Source of the DNA: Azolla caroliniana
Lineage: Eukaryota > Plantae > Polypodiophyta
DNA: 64,000 bases
Assembly (NCBI GenBank): GCA_043228905.1
Contig: JBHGNT010000011.1
Location: 3,968,001-4,032,000, forward strand
Direction of reading: 5' to 3'
Position numbers and translations under genes: made by a program. The notes beneath the pieces were generated by a model. The model ran no database searches and was not told the DNA's origin. It was given only the letters and a program-made list of their open reading frames with translations. This document shows, one piece after another, positions 23,501-38,035 of the stretch. Each line of letters starts with the position of its first letter. Position 1 is the stretch's first letter.

Positions 23501-26500
23501 AGTTGGGACTTGACTCGGCTGATTTCATCGATTCCGGGTCCGGTGATCACCAGATCATCAACATACAACAAGATGCAAACCGGACTTTCTAGACCTTACT
23601 GGATGAACAATGAAGAGTCAGACTTGGAGGCCGCAAACCCCATCTTACGCAATCGGTGCGCGATCTTTGCATTCCAAGCTCGGGGGGCTTGATTCAAGCC
23701 ATAAAGTGACTTCTGCAGCTGGCATACAACCGACTTGTTCATCTCCCACTGGAAACCAGGGGGTTGGGTCATAAAGACCTCTTCTTCAAGATCGCCTTGA
23801 AGAAATGCATTCTTCACGTCCATCTGGTGAAGATGCCACCCCCTTGGCGGAACAACTGCCATCACCACACGAACCGTCGTCATCTTCGCTACCGGAGCGA
23901 AGGTCTCGTCGTAGTCGATGTCGTAGGTCTGCGTGTATCCCTTCGCTACTAACCGGGCCTTGTACTGGTTAACCAAACCGTCGGCATTGTACTTTACCTT
24001 GTATAGCCACTTACATCCGATCGGTTTACAATGTCGGGGTGGGTCAACGAGGTCCCATGTGTCGTTGGCATCAAGTGCCCGCATTTCTTCCTCCATAGTG
24101 GCACGCCAATTTGCGTCCCTTGCCGCTTCTGCATAGCTCTCCGGCTCACGCACTTCCGCCACCTTGGTCATGTACGCATAGTGATGCACCATGTACTCAT
24201 TGTACCCGTACCGCTTCACAGGGTTCTTCTGGTGGGAAAACAGGCGTAATCTATCGTTACCCGGTTTGAGGCCCTTTTTGGCCGGTTCGGTCTTCGTTGC
24301 CAAAGATCCGCCTTCCTCCTTTCCGGAGTCGGATCCACTCCGATCCATGTCACCGTTGCCGGTTTCGTATTCTGGCATCTTCTTCTTCCCCTTCTCTTTG
24401 CGTGTGAACCGTCTCCTCGGTTCCTTGCACGGGGAGAGCACGACAAAGTCTCCACTACTCGCCGGTTCCTTATTCGACTGGTCATCCCGACTCAGCCGCT
24501 CATTTGGTCCACTTACAGTGTTGGGGAGGGTCAACGAGGTCCCATGTGTTGTTCGCATCAAGTGCCCGCATTTCTTCCTCCATAACGGCACGTCAATTTG
24601 CGTCCCTTGCCGCTTCTGCGTAGCTCTCCGGCTCATGCACTTCCGCCACCTTGGTCATGTACGCATAGTGATGCGCCATGTACTCATTATACCCGTACCG
24701 CGTCACAAGGTTCTTCTGGCGGGAAGACCGGCGTAACTTGGTATTACCCGGTTTGGGGCCCTTCTTGGTAAGGCATACCATGATGTCGTCTCATCAAACT
24801 CAACATCCCGGCTAACTCAAGCTTGCTTCTTCCAGGGTTTATAACACTTATACCCCTTTTTCTCATGTGAGTAACCGACCAGGATGCATTTCTCTGACTT
24901 TGCATCCAGCTTCCTCCGCTTCTCATCCGGCACATGCATATATGCAATGCTACTGAATATCTGAAGGTGTCTCAAATTCGGCTTGCGCCCAAAATACAGC
25001 TCATGCGCGGACACCTTGTCACCAATCTGGTTTTGGATATAGATGGTCGTCCGAACTGCCTCGGCCCAGTAGAAATGGGGCATGCTCTTCTCCTCCAGCA
25101 TTGCCCTTGCCACGTCGACAATCGACCAGTTCTTCCTTTCGGCCACACCGTTTTGCTCCGGTGTGTATCTACAACTGAACTCTCTCTGAATTCCTTTTTT
25201 GATGCAGATAACTATTGAATTGGCCGGAAAAATATTCTTTTTCGCCATCCGACCGTAGGCACTTGATCTTCCTCTCTGTTTCCCGTTCAACCAGGCTTTC
25301 CAGGTTCCGGAAACACTCGAAGACTTCGCTCTCCCGCTCAATGAGGTAGATCCATGTGTGCCAGTTGTAGTCTTCGATGAAGGAGATGAAATATCGACTC
25401 CCCCCAAGACTCACGTTCTGTGCCTGTCCCCATACATCCGAATGAATAAGGTCGAGCTTGTTATGGGTACGGTTTCGTTCGGTGGGGAATGGAAGCCGGT
25501 GCTGCTTCCCGAGTTGGTAGGCTTCACATATTTGGGCCTTCCGGCCACTGAACTTCGGCAAACCGAAAACAACTTGTTTTGTTTGCAGGTCTTGAAGCCT
25601 CCAGTAATTGACGTGGCCAATCCGCTTGTGCCAAAGATCGATGTCTGACTCAATCTTCTGTCCTTTGGCGAACAACGCGGTGCCTATGTCATTGGTGTTG
25701 AGGATGAACATTCTCCCGTCTCCGTGCCCTTGCACAATAATCTAACCCTCTTCCTCGATGAAGCACCTGAAGTGCGTAAACTGCACTTGCATCCCTTGGT
25801 CGACTATATGTCCAACCAACACCAGGTTCTTCGTGATGGTCGGAATGTGTAATGCGTTCATCAGCTTCCCCCTCTGTTCGACGTGGCTCAAAGGAACTTC
25901 TCCGACATGCACGATTAGGTGAAGAGTGTCGTCTCCGGTTTCGACGACCCCCGGTTGTTCCGGTTTCTCCAAGAAGGAGAACCACTCTTTGTGGCTCGTT
26001 ATGTGATTCAACGCACCGGAATCAACGTACCACACTTCCTCTGATTTGGATGTGGTCTTCTTCATCGAGTTAGCCTTGTGTTTCACCACCATGGCTGGCC
26101 CTTTACTAGCTTTTCCGGTTTTGGATCCTCCCGATCCTTCTACGTAGTGCGAGTATTGCCAGTTCTCTCTACCGGCCTTGCCGAATCCGGATCTGTCCGA
26201 ATCGGCGTGCTTTTTCCAGCACTCGCTTTGTCCGTGGCCCGTTTTACCACAGTACCAGCATTCCGTGTCAGCCTTTTCTTGCCGGCCTCCGGCGCCGCCT
26301 TGACTCCCCCTACTTGTGGAGGGTCCAGAACTGCTGTCGGCATGTTCTCTGTGCCTTCGGTCCTGCTCTTGCCGACCGACCTGCCTCGTCCACCACGCCC
26401 ACGGGGCCGATCCGCCTCCGTGTACATCATCCGGCTGTCGGTGGGTGCACTTGTTGACGCACTGGCGTGGTTCTCCTCTACAAGGAGCATCGACTGTAAG

Positions 26501-28381
26501 TCGAAAAATGACGGCGCATTCTCCCTCGTATAGACTGCCATTCGGAAAGCTCCGAACTTAGACGCTAACTCGCCAAGGAAAACTTGCACCATCTCGTCCT
26601 CCTCGACGTTCACGTTGACAGAGGCGAGTGAGTCGCAGATTTCTTTAATCTTGGTGGTGTAGTCAACCACCGACATATCTCGTTGTCGTACATTGCTCAA
26701 CTATTGCCTGAGTTGAAGCTTCCTAGCTGTAGTGCTTGCGGCAAAGACCTTTTTCCGATTTCCCCAAGCTTCTTTGGGCGTCTTGGCGTCTTGGATATGG
26801 CTCAGCAGCTGGTCTTCGACACTAGACGCAAAGCAGTACGTCACTCTGCTTGCTGCTTGTTCCCACGTTGGGAAGTCCTTGTGTGTCACATCAGGTGTTG
26901 TGTCGTTAGCTCCGTCAACATAGCTCCAGTAATCATGCCCAAGGAGGTACTGGTGCATCTTGTAGGATCAAGATGCGTAGTTGTTTCTGTCGAGCTTCTC
27001 CGTCGGAAGTGAGTTAGCCATCCCTCTATCCATCGGTTATACCTGTTCTTCTTGGTTGGTTTCTCTTTCAAGCTATGTCGGCTGTAGAGGTTCTCAACCC
27101 TCGCGCTCTGATACCATGTAAAAGATTATGTGTGGAAGCAATAGAAAATTGAACACAGAAAATACGTAGGTTTAATGGAGAGCTTGAATATACACAATAC
27201 GCAGGAGAGACAGAGAGAGAGCACACAAAACTCAATTCAAAATAATACTCAGTTTGTACATCATATGTGTTTAGTGAACACTTTTATACAAGTGCATACG
27301 GACTGATAGAAGTACGGTGTACTTCAATGCTCACACGAGCATCTGACACTAACTACGAGATATTAACTCCCTAGTAGACTAGTTGCTACTTGGCTTCCGG
27401 TTACTGCTTGATCTAGCTAATCGGCTCCCCAGCTCACCGGCTCACCGACTCACCGATCCAGCTCAGGCTTATTCAGCCGATCTTGATCCGGTTGAGCTTG
27501 CCACTCAACACTCATGTTCAAGACATGCAAATCACCAAAACAGATTTTATTGATGCTTTATTGTCAATCGATGATGGATTGACACAGACATGGATTGTAG
27601 ACTTTGGGCTTCTTTTCATGTTAATCCATGTTTGGAGTGCTTTACCACATTTGACGTAGGAAGTTATGGAAAAATTTATCTTGGTAACCATAGTGCTTGC
27701 AATATTGATGGTATTGGACCCATACACTTGTCTTTGGATAATCGTCAAGAGCTTGTGCTCAAAGACGTTAGGTATGTACCTGGCATTAAGAAAAGTTTGC
27801 TATCTGTAGGACAAATGGATTTGCATGGTTACACCAAATTATTCGGTGGTAGATTGTTTGCAATGTAACTAAAGAAAGGATCTATGGTTATTGTGAAAGG
27901 TTGCTAAAAGGGCACTCTGTACTGTTTGCAATGTAAAGCTTTACCTAGAAAGTTTCTTGCTATTGTTGAATTTGACTCTTGTTTAGAGCTTTGGCATAAG
28001 AGATTATGACATATGAGCCAAAAAGAACTTGACGTCCTTTCTGCTCTAAAATGATTTGATGTTAAAGGATCGAAGCTAGTTTTTTGTAATGATTGTCTAT
28101 TTGGCAAACAAGTGAGAAATTCATATTATTTTGGTATCTCTCGTAAACCAAATATGCTAGATTTGGTGCATTCTGATGTATGTAGCATGCCTGTAAAATC
28201 CTTGGGCGGTGCTGCATATTTTATTTCCTTTATCGATGATTATTCTAGGAAGATTTGGATGTACTTGATGAAAAGAAAAGGCGGTGCATTTGTGACTACT
28301 CAAAAAGGTACAAAATTGAAATGTCTCAGAACAGATAATGGGGGTGAGTTTACATCTGCAGAATTTAAGTCCTATTGTAAC
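20558..28381 (+). mobile_element. Copia element A, degenerate (PBS, gag, protease, integrase start), interrupted by 21626-27510 and truncated by the 28382 element
   Basis: PBS-like TAGTATCAGAGC (tRNA-iMet) at 20558; gag 20717-21415 with LLMTLPNSWE and a zinc knuckle; resumes at 27516 with RYVPGIKKSLLS, LWHKRL, LVHSDVC, LRTDNGGEF; 5' LTR probably lies within 19440-20555. Confidence 0.85.
21626..27510 (-). mobile_element. Full-length but mutated Ty1/copia element with two LTRs and 5-bp TSD CTCAT
   Basis: LTRs 21626-22005 and 27117-27510 (TG..CA), PBS TGGTATCAGAGC 27105-27116, PPT near 22006-22017, CTCAT at 21621 and 27511; gag, WYVDSGA protease, integrase, RT (YVDD), RNase H in broken ORFs. 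Confidence 0.95.
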
Positions 28382-30308
28382 TGTTGGGAAATCGGTCCCT
28401 CCGGATGGGATCCGGTTATAAATGAAGAGGACCCGGTGAGAACTAGAAGAGAAGACATATTCGTAAATATGTTTTGAGTAAGCATATTGAGGCTATAATT
28501 GTAAATAGCCCAAAGTTCGTATGAGCATAAATATGACCTAGGGCAATCACAGAAGTGTGTGTGTTGTCATATTGTTGTATGTGCATAACTATTGTATAGA
28601 GAGAGAGAGAGAGAGAGGATACAAAGCGATCATACTCTGTTGTAACCGCCGCTTGGCGAAGATACAGAGCTCGAGGTCATTGCCTCCGAGTCTCTAATTG
28701 TACCTTTCTTATATAGTGATAGTTTGGAGGCTGTGGTCTCCCGTGGTTTTTCCCTATTAGTTTTCCATGTAAACATCCTGTGTACTCTCTATTTTTCGTA
28801 TGTGTACGTATACTAATCTCCAACCCCATTTCAGTGTTTGATTCTCAAAGAAGTGATCTAGGACTCGGTTGTGGCCGAGTGATATTATGCGTGGTATTCT
28901 CATCAATCTAGTATCAGAGCGAGCAACACAGGAAATAGAAGAATCGTTCGACGGCATGTTCAAGCTCACCAACTCCAACTACTTAGTGTCAAAGTCAAAG
29001 ATGAGGGATATGTTGGTGGTTAAAGATCTTTGGTTGCCGGTTCAGTTCCGGGACAAGAGACCGGATAAGATCGACGCCACAGTGTGGGAGGTGATGCACA
29101 TGAAGACGACGGCATACATCCGGTGCTTCATCGACATGAGCTTGTACAACAACTTCAATGAAGAAAGTAAGGCTCATGAACTCTGGGAGAAGATTGACAT
29201 CATGTTCTACAACAAGAATGTTGTTAATCGGGTTTCGGTACTCTAGAAGCTAGTGAGGCTCCGGTACCAGGATGGATCCAGTATGGCGGAGCACATGAAT
29301 GCCTTCCAGGTCCTAATACACCAAGCGACCTCGTTGGAAGTACCTCTCGCCGATGAGGTACTCGCATTACTCCTGCTCGGTTCCCTCCCGGATAGTTGGG
29401 AGATGCTAGTTGTCACGTTGGGCAATGCTGGGCCGAAAGGAAAATAGTTGTCCCTAGCAAGAGTCAAGTCAAGCTTGCTAGATGAAGTGGCGCGTCAGAA
29501 AGACAAAGAAGTGATTTCCGACTCTAAAGCCCTACTTACCGAATCGGGAGCACAAAGAGGAGGACAACGAAACTAGAGTCCTCATAACCGGGAAAAGTCA
29601 GAGACATGGTCAAAGTCAAGGGGGAGGCCTACTTGCTTTTATTGCGGAAAGTCTAGGCACTTCCAGAAAAACTGTCGACACTTCTGGAAAGAGAAAGGAG
29701 CCGACAGTGCCAATTTGAAGAACGGTTCGGACCGAAAAGGGTCAGATCGGAAGGGAACGTCGGCAATCGCGACAGGTGAAGAAGAACTTATGCTCATTAC
29801 CGAGGAGAATGAGTGAAACCTTGTCGGCGATGAGACAACGTGGGTTGCCGATTCCGGAGCATCATTCCATCTTACACTAGACCGGAGATGCTTCTCATCC
29901 TACATAGCCGGAGATCATGGTTGTGTCCGGATGGGGAATGAAGGTACATGACGAATTGTCGGCATAGGAGATGTGTTTTCAATGACATCAACCGGATGTT
30001 TGACACATTCCGGAGGTTCGACTGAACCTGATATCAGCCGGTCGGCTAGATGATGAAGGCGTGTGTAGCATCCGGAATAGATTCATGAAATTCAGCAAAG
30101 GAAGCTTGATTGTGGCTTGAGCCCGGAAGATCAACATGCTATATCTAATGCATGCACGAATATGTTGGGAAGAAGTGAACGTAGCATCCGACATTGCCAG
30201 TGAGCTGTGGCACAAGAGACTGTGTGATATGAGCCAAAAGGGGATGACAAGACTTGCCGAAGACAACCTCATTCCGGAGGTGAAAGACGTGCATCTTGAG
30301 AAGTGCAC
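28382..30308 (+). mobile_element. Copia element B, 5' part (LTR 28382-28905, PBS, gag, protease, GAG-pre-integrase)
   Basis: TG..CA LTR, TAGTATCAGAGC at 28909, LLLGSLPDSWE, TWVADSGAS, LWHKRL; same family as the 57373-61820 element. Confidence 0.88.
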
Positions 30309-33300
30309 TAGCAAGGCCGGACAAGGGAACCAACAAAGCTCGCACTACGTTGAAGGATCAGAGGGATCCGCAATCCGAAAGAATGGAAAAGGGTCAGCCT
30401 TTGTGATGAAGCACAAGGCGAACTTGATGAAGAAGATCACTTCCAAATCGGAGGAAGTGTGGTATGTTCACTCTGGAGCGTCTAACTATATGATGAGCCA
30501 CGAAGAGTGGTTCTTGTTTCTGGAAAAGGTGGAGCAACTGGGAATTGTCAAAACCGGAAATGACACTCCTCACCCGATTGTGCATGTCGGAGAAGTCCCT
30601 TTAAGCCATGTCAAATAGAAGGGAAAGCTGATGAACGTACTACATGTTCGGACAATCACAAGAACCTGGTGTCGGTCAGGCAGATCGTTTACCAGGGGTT
30701 GCGAGTGCGGTTCACGCACCTCGGATGCTTCATAGAGGAAGAAGGCCTGATAAAGGGTGCAAGGACGGCAGGATGTTCATCCTCAACACCAACGACATCG
30801 GCACCACTATGTTTGCAAAAGGATAGCAGATCGAATCATACATCGATCTCTGGTACAAGCTGATCGGCCACATCAACTACCAGAGGCTTCAAGACCTGCA
30901 ATGGAAACAAGTTGTTTTCGGATTGCCAAAATTTAGTGGTCGAAAGGCCCAAATTTGTGAAGCCTACCAACTCAAGAAGCAACACCGACTTCCCTTCCAC
31001 ACCGAAAGAAACCGGAGCCATAATAAGCTCGATCTAATACATTCGGATGTATGGGGACCGGCACAAAACATTAGTCTTGGCGGGAGCCAATATTTTGTCT
31101 CCTTCATCGACGACTATAGAATATTTTTCTGGCCAATTCAACAATTATTTGCAACAAAAAGGAATTCGGAGAGAATTCAGCTATTGATACACATTGGAAC
31201 AAAATGATGTGGCCGAAAGGAAGAACTGGTTGATAGTCGATGCGGCATGGGCAATGCTGAAAGAGAAGAGCATGCCCAAATTCTACTGGATTGAGGCAGT
31301 CAGGACAGCCGTCTAAATCCATAACCAGGTTGGGGAGAAGGTGTCATCACACGAGCTATATTTCGGGCGGAAGCGGAATTTAAGGCACTTTAAGATATTC
31401 GGTAGAATGGCATATGTGCATGTGTTGGATGAGAAGCAGAGAAAGTTGGACCCAAAGTTAGAGAAGTGCATCCTTGTCAGCTACTCACATGAGCAAAAGG
31501 GTTACAAGTGTTATAACCCCCGAACAAAACAAGTTCGAGTGAGCCGAGATGTCGAATTTGATGAGACGACATCACGGTACTCTCTACCGGCTCCGATGTC
31601 CGACTCCGACCCGATTCCGGAGGATGAGGCTAGTGAGCCCGAATGATACGGGTTAAAGATGAGGTTCCAATCTCATTTTGGCTAAGTGCGCTGAATGAGT
31701 GACTGTGTCAAGATGACCAGTCAGATGAAGAGCCGGCGAGTACTGACGACTTGGCCGGGCTCTCCCCGCACAAGGAACCGATGTGACGGTTCACGCGCAA
31801 AGAAAAGGGGGAGAAGAAGATGATGGAATACGACACCGGTAGAAACGAGTCAGATCGGAGCGGATCCGACTCCGGAGAGATCGAAGATGGAACTTCGGAA
31901 GAGAAGTCCGAGTCGACCAAGAAGGCCAAGAAATCGACAGAGTAGAAACAACGTTGATCCACCCACCAGAAGAACCCATTTAAAAAGGTACCGGTACAAT
32001 GAGTATATGGTGCATCATTGTGCGTACATGGTGAAGGTGGCAGTCGTGTGTGAGGTGGAGAGCTACGCAGAAGTGGGGAAGGATTCAAATTAGTGTGCCG
32101 CTATGGAGGAAAAGATGCAAGCACTCACGGAAAATGAGACGTGGGATTTAGTGGACGTTCCAAAAGGAGTGAAGCCAGTTGGTTACTAGTGGGTATACAA
32201 TGTTAAATACAACACGGACAATTCCATCCACAGGTACAAGGCCCGGTTCATGCCAAAGGGCTACGCACAGTAGCACAACATCGACTACGATGAGACGTTT
32301 GTGCCGGTCGTAAAGATGACGACCGTCCATGTCTTGCTTGCAGTGGTAGTAGTGAAGGGGTGGCATCTACATTAGATAAATGTAAAGAACACGTTGTGGC
32401 AAAGCGATCTTCCAGAACAGATGTATATGGTTAAGCTCCCCGGATTTTAGTACGGCATGAATACATCGACATTACGCCGATTAAAGCAGTGCCTCTATGG
32501 ACTGAAGCAACCCCCACACACCTAGAACGCGAAGTTCACGTAGAAACTGCGTCGAATGGGGTTTGCTCTGTCGAAATCAGGCTCTTCTCTCTTCATCCAG
32601 CAAGGTCGAAACGGGCCGATTAATATTTTACTTTATGTTGATGATTTAGTAATCGCCGGTACCGGCCTGGAAGAAATCAGCCGCGTCAAATCCCAACTTG
32701 CGGCATCGTTCGACATGAAGGATCTTGGGGACCTTCATTACTTCATCGGGATCAAAGTGATCCGCACCTCGGAGGGCATACTGATCAATTAGTGGCATTA
32801 TGTGCTGAGTATGCTCTTCAAATTCGGTATGACGGAATGCAAATCTGTCTCGACCCCTCTGAATTGGAATGTGAAGCTTTGTCCTTACTCCGAAACGACA
32901 TGTGACCCGAAAAGGTTTCGACAGATAGTCAGAAGCCTTATTTGTCTAACCATCACCCCGTCGGAGCTCAGTTATCCGGTCGGATTGATCAATGAATTTA
33001 TTGTGCATATGACCATCGAGCACCTTCAGTGCATGCACCAACTCCAGTGATATGTTAGCAGCAGTAAGGACAGGGGCTTGTTGTATCGGACCCGTGTAGC
33101 CGGACAACTTGTCGGCTACATGGATGTTGATTGGGTTGGAAATGCCTGCGACCGTAGGTGTACATCTGGATATGCGTTTTCACTTGGAAGCGCCGCGGTC
33201 ACCTAGAGCAGTAAGAAGTAGCCGACAGTTGCACTGTCGAGCACTAAGTCTGAGTACCGAGGAGTGGTTGTCGCGACATGCAAAGCAATATGGCTCAAGA

Positions 33301-34443
33301 GGATCCTAAAGAATCTGTTGATGGAGGTATCTGATCCGACGAAGATCTATTGCGATAACCTCAACAACATCGTGTTGGCTAAGAACCCCGTCTTTAATGC
33401 CCGGACTAAGCACATCGAGGTGCACTATCATTTTGTCCAAGAGAGCGTTCTCTCTGGTGAAGTGGAACTAGTGTATGTTTCGACAGATTGGGAAGTGACC
33501 GATGTCTTCACCAAACCCCTAGTCTTAGACAAGTTACGGCATTTTTCCGGTGCACTGGGTGTCCAATACCTTGATATGCTGAACCTAAGGGGGGGGAACA
33601 AAATGAGGGATGAGAAAGACAACCGAAAAGCCGAGTCAGAAACCGATTTAGACTTTGGCCTGACTGAAGAAGTCCGAGTGCATGTAACGGTTGAAGAAGC
33701 CGAGACCGGACGCAGGGGTGCCACTGGAATGGAGAGCCTAACTTGAAGCCAGCTGGAAAAGGGGGAGGAAAATCCGGAAAGGCCAAGACCAAGACATGGG
33801 AAGATGTGGTCAAGGGCCTAGAAGAGAATGAATTCGAGACAGGCAATAGAGCTAGAACAAATCCTGGAGGAACTGGACCGGTCGAGGAGTGCGAGCGAGG
33901 CGGGAGGATGCTAGAAGGAGCCGGACAAATGAACTGGCTACCCCAGACACTAACACCACGATCCGACCTCAAGTTGTGCTTGAGGGGGAGTGTTGAACGA
34001 GCAAGCTCAACAGGATTCAGATCAGTTGGATAAGCCTGAGCCGGATCGTATCAAAATCAGTGTCTGGATAGTATCTAGAACTAGGAGCCGGATTGGGATC
34101 GGGGAGTCGTATCGGAGAGCCGGACCCATGTGTGTACCGGTAGGCCATTTAGAGGTCTACGCTTCTAGACTATTAGGTATTCATGGTCCTCAAAGTTAGT
34201 GTCAGTCGCTCGTATGAGCATTGAAGTACATAGTACTTCTGTCAGTCCCTTGTGGAATTCTATAAAGACTGCTCACTGAGCACATCCTATGAACATAGTA
34301 TTATTTTTGGAATATTGTTTTTGCTATTCTGCTCTCTCCCACTCTATATTTGTGTCTTGTAAGGTTTCTATTAAACTTATACTCTCTCTATTGCTATCCA
34401 GCGGAACCGGTTTGTCGTAAGCTTCCACATATTAACTTTTACA
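30309..34443 (+). mobile_element. Copia element C, 5'-deleted relative of the 21626-27510 family, with 3' LTR 33991-34443
   Basis: Colinear similarity to the reverse complement of 22000-26180; PPT TGAGGGGGAG before TGTTGA; LTR ends TTTTACA. Confidence 0.9.
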
Positions 34444-37400
34444 AGTCGGAAGTGTTTGTTTGACGATGTCGATAGGGTGTCGACTTACTCTAAAGGATGT
34501 TCAACATGTCCCCAATATCAGATTGAATCTGATATCAACTAGAATATTGGACGACGAAGGCTACAATGGTAGCTTCCGAAGCAAGAAATGGAAGTTTTGC
34601 TGAGAAAATCTTATAGTGGCCCGAAAACTAAAAGAAAGCACATTGTATGTGATGCTAGCCCAACTGTGCAAGTTGGAAGTGAATGTAGCAGCCAACTCGA
34701 CAGGACAGATATGGCATAAGAGGCTAGGCCACATGAGTGAGAAGGGTTTGCATATGTTAGCCGACCGGAAACTTTTGCCAGACATAAACGGAGTGCACCT
34801 GGAGAAGTGCGTCGACTGCTTAGTTGGAAAGCAAAATAGAGCAGCATTCCACCCAAATCCACCAAGCAGAAGAGAAGCTACACTGGAACTAGTACACACA
34901 GATGCGTGTTATGTTGATGTTCCGTCGCATTGAGGCAGACAGTACTTTGTGACTTTCATCGACGACTATAGTCGGTAGTTGTGAGCTTTCGTACTAAAGT
35001 CAAAAGATCAAGTATTGTCGTTCTTCGAGGAGTTCTAGGCAAGAGCCGAACGGGAGTCCTGTTGGAATATTTCAAGACCCGAGGTATTTGAATGGAATAC
35101 ACAGTACCGAAGACCCTTGAGTTGAATGGGCTTGCAGAGATGATGAATCGAACAATCATGGAGAGAGTAAGGAGCATGTTGTCGCGTGCTAAAATGTCAA
35201 AAATATATTGGGTTGAGGCGATGAACACGACTATTTATCTGATCAATAGGTCCCCCTCAATATTGTTGAAAGGTGATGCCCCACAAAGGGTGTGGACAGG
35301 AAAGGATGTATCCTATCGACACCTGAGGATGTTCGGATGCCTAGCGTATATGCATGTGCCTAAGGATCAAAGGTCGAAGTTCGATAGTAAGTTGAAGCCA
35401 TGCATATTCATGGGATACTCAGAAGATGAGTTCGGCTATAGGATATGGGACCTAGTCGATAAGAAGGTAGTGAAGAGTCGAGACATAGTCTTTTTGGAAG
35501 ACAAGATGATTGAGGACTAGAAACAACAGAGGTCGGAATCGACTCCCCAGTCGACTCCCACTACCACCGACTTAAGGCCAAGTGAACCGACACAGTCGGT
35601 TGTTCGGAGACAACCATTTGGCACAACCGAATCTGAGTTGGTCGACTTGGAGAGACCGACTGACTATGATTCAGAGTTGGCAGAGCTATTAAGATCGATC
35701 AAGGAATATGAATTGGAGTCGTCTAACCTTGAGAAGCCGATCGACATACATGAACCTGAGCCAAGAGTAGAGTCAGTAGAGTCATCCGAACTGAAGCCAA
35801 CAACAAGTGGAAGGAGATACCCACTAAGAGAAAGGAGAACACCGACAACATATGCTAGTCAATACATCCTATTGACTGATGAAGGTGAGCTAGAGTGCGA
35901 TGATGAGGCCATTGCCGAGAAGCACAAAGAGAAATGGCTGAGCAAAATGCAAGATGAGATGGTTTCTTTGCACGAAAATTATACCTGCGACCTAGTAGAG
36001 CTCCCGAAAGGTAAGAGAGCACTTAGGAATAAATGGGTCTACAAGGTGAAGACTAGAGAAGTCAACAGTGCGCCCAAGTATAAAGTCCGCATAGTGGTGA
36101 AGGGGTTCCAACAAAAAAAGGTTGTAGACTTCGTCGAGCTTTTTGCACCAGTCGTGAAGATGACATCCATCTGAATTGTTCTGAGCATTGCTGCCAACAT
36201 GGATATGGAGATCGAACATTTGGATGTCAAGACAACATTCTTGCGCGGGGAGTTGGATGTAGAGATTTACATGCAGCAGCCCGAAGGATTTGAGGAGAAA
36301 GGGAAACAGAACCTAGTGTGTCGATTGAAGGAAAGCTAGTATGGTCTGAAACAAGCTCCACGCCAATGGTACAAGAAGTTTGAATCCTACATGGTCGAAC
36401 ATGGGTTCTAGAAAACACAGGCGGATCATTGTGTGTTCCTCAAAAGGTACGATCAAGGTGACTTCGTGATTCTCTTATTATATGTAGATGACATGTTGAC
36501 AATTGGTCAAGATACAAGGAAGATCAGTAGCTTGAAGAAAGCATTAGGCAAGTCGTTTGCCATTAAAGATCTTGGACAAGCAAAGCAAATCTTAGTTCAA
36601 GATCGAACTAAGAAAGTGTTGTGGTTGTCACAAGAGAAATACATGACTAAGATCCTAGAAAGATTCAACATGTCAGAAACAAAGCCGGTCGGGTCTATGT
36701 TACCGACTAACTACAAGTTAAATGCAAAGCAATGCCCAAGAGGGGAGAAAGAACAGGCTAAGATGAGGAAAGTAGCATATGCCTCAGCCGTCAACAGTCT
36801 AATGTATGCTATTGTTTGCACGAAACTAGACATAGCTTTTGTTGTGGGAACAGTAGGCCGAGACATGAGCAATCAAGAAGAGAACCTTGGGCAGCGGTGT
36901 AGTGGATACTCAGGTACTTGAAAGGCACCTCAAGAGTATGCCTTATGTATGGTGTCAGGAAACCTAGGCTCGAAGGGTTTACCGACTTAGACATGTCGGG
37001 GGATGTAGACTCAAGCCGATCCACATCAAGGTACGTGATGACCTATGCAGTGGGAGTATTATCATGACAGTCATGACTACAGAAGTCTGTGGCTTTGTCG
37101 ACCACAAAGGCAAAGTATATGGCAGCGGTAGAGGCCGGCAAAGAGCTGATTTGGATGAGAAATTTTCTCAGTGAGTTGGGGATGAAGCAAAGGGAGTTCT
37201 TACTCCATTGTGACATCCAGAGTGCCATACATCTAGCAAAGAAAGTTACGTATCACTCCTGAACCAAGAATATACAAAGGAGATATCATTGGTTACAGGA
37301 GAACGTGGAGAAAGAAGAGTTTACCCTTGTGAAGATCCATACTGATGACAATGGATTCGACATGATGAATAAAAACCTACCAATGGACAGACTCAGAGTC

Positions 37401-38035
37401 TGTCAACAGAGGAAGGGAATAACGGACCCCTCTCCATTGGAGTGAAGCGGGCGTTTGTTAGGAATATGTCCGACTAGTGGGAAAGAGCCGACAGGATATG
37501 ACAAGGGAGCAACTGACTGGTCGGATGAGAGCCAACGTCGAGGAGTCGACTCTGAGAGAGTCGACATGGAGAGTTGATCGAGGTCGAAAACATGATCGGC
37601 TAGTCGAGCCGACTAGATGGTTTGACCAGGTCGACTGATTAGTAAGACTATTATTATTGTTATTACATAATAATAATGGCCATGATTGTAAATAGCCCAT
37701 TCTGTGCATTAGTATAAATACACCTAGGGCAAATAGAATAGAATAGTGTATGAACTAAGTGCAGCGAAAGTAGAGAGATAGTGAGTGAGGGGTGCCATAG
37801 CTGTGTTCGTAACAACAGACGTAAAGAGCCCTGTGAGGTTGATACACTCCACGCAGAGAGTGTTGTACTCTGATCTCTCCATTGTATATCCATTGTATAG
37901 TGAAGTTTTGTTCTCCGTGGTTTTCTCCTGTTATAGGGTTTCCACGTTAAATTTGTGTACATTCTTTTCTATGTTTCCGAGTTGTGCATTTCAACATATT
38001 CTTTTCTTGCGAAATAAAGATTAGTTTCTCTAATA
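34444..38035 (+). mobile_element. Copia element D, 3' part (integrase-RT-RNase H) with 3' LTR about 37456-38035
   Basis: IWHKRLGHMSEKG, LVHTDAC, NKWVYKVK, LLLYVDDML, RNase H motifs; PPT-like tract before TGTTAGGAA. Confidence 0.88.
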
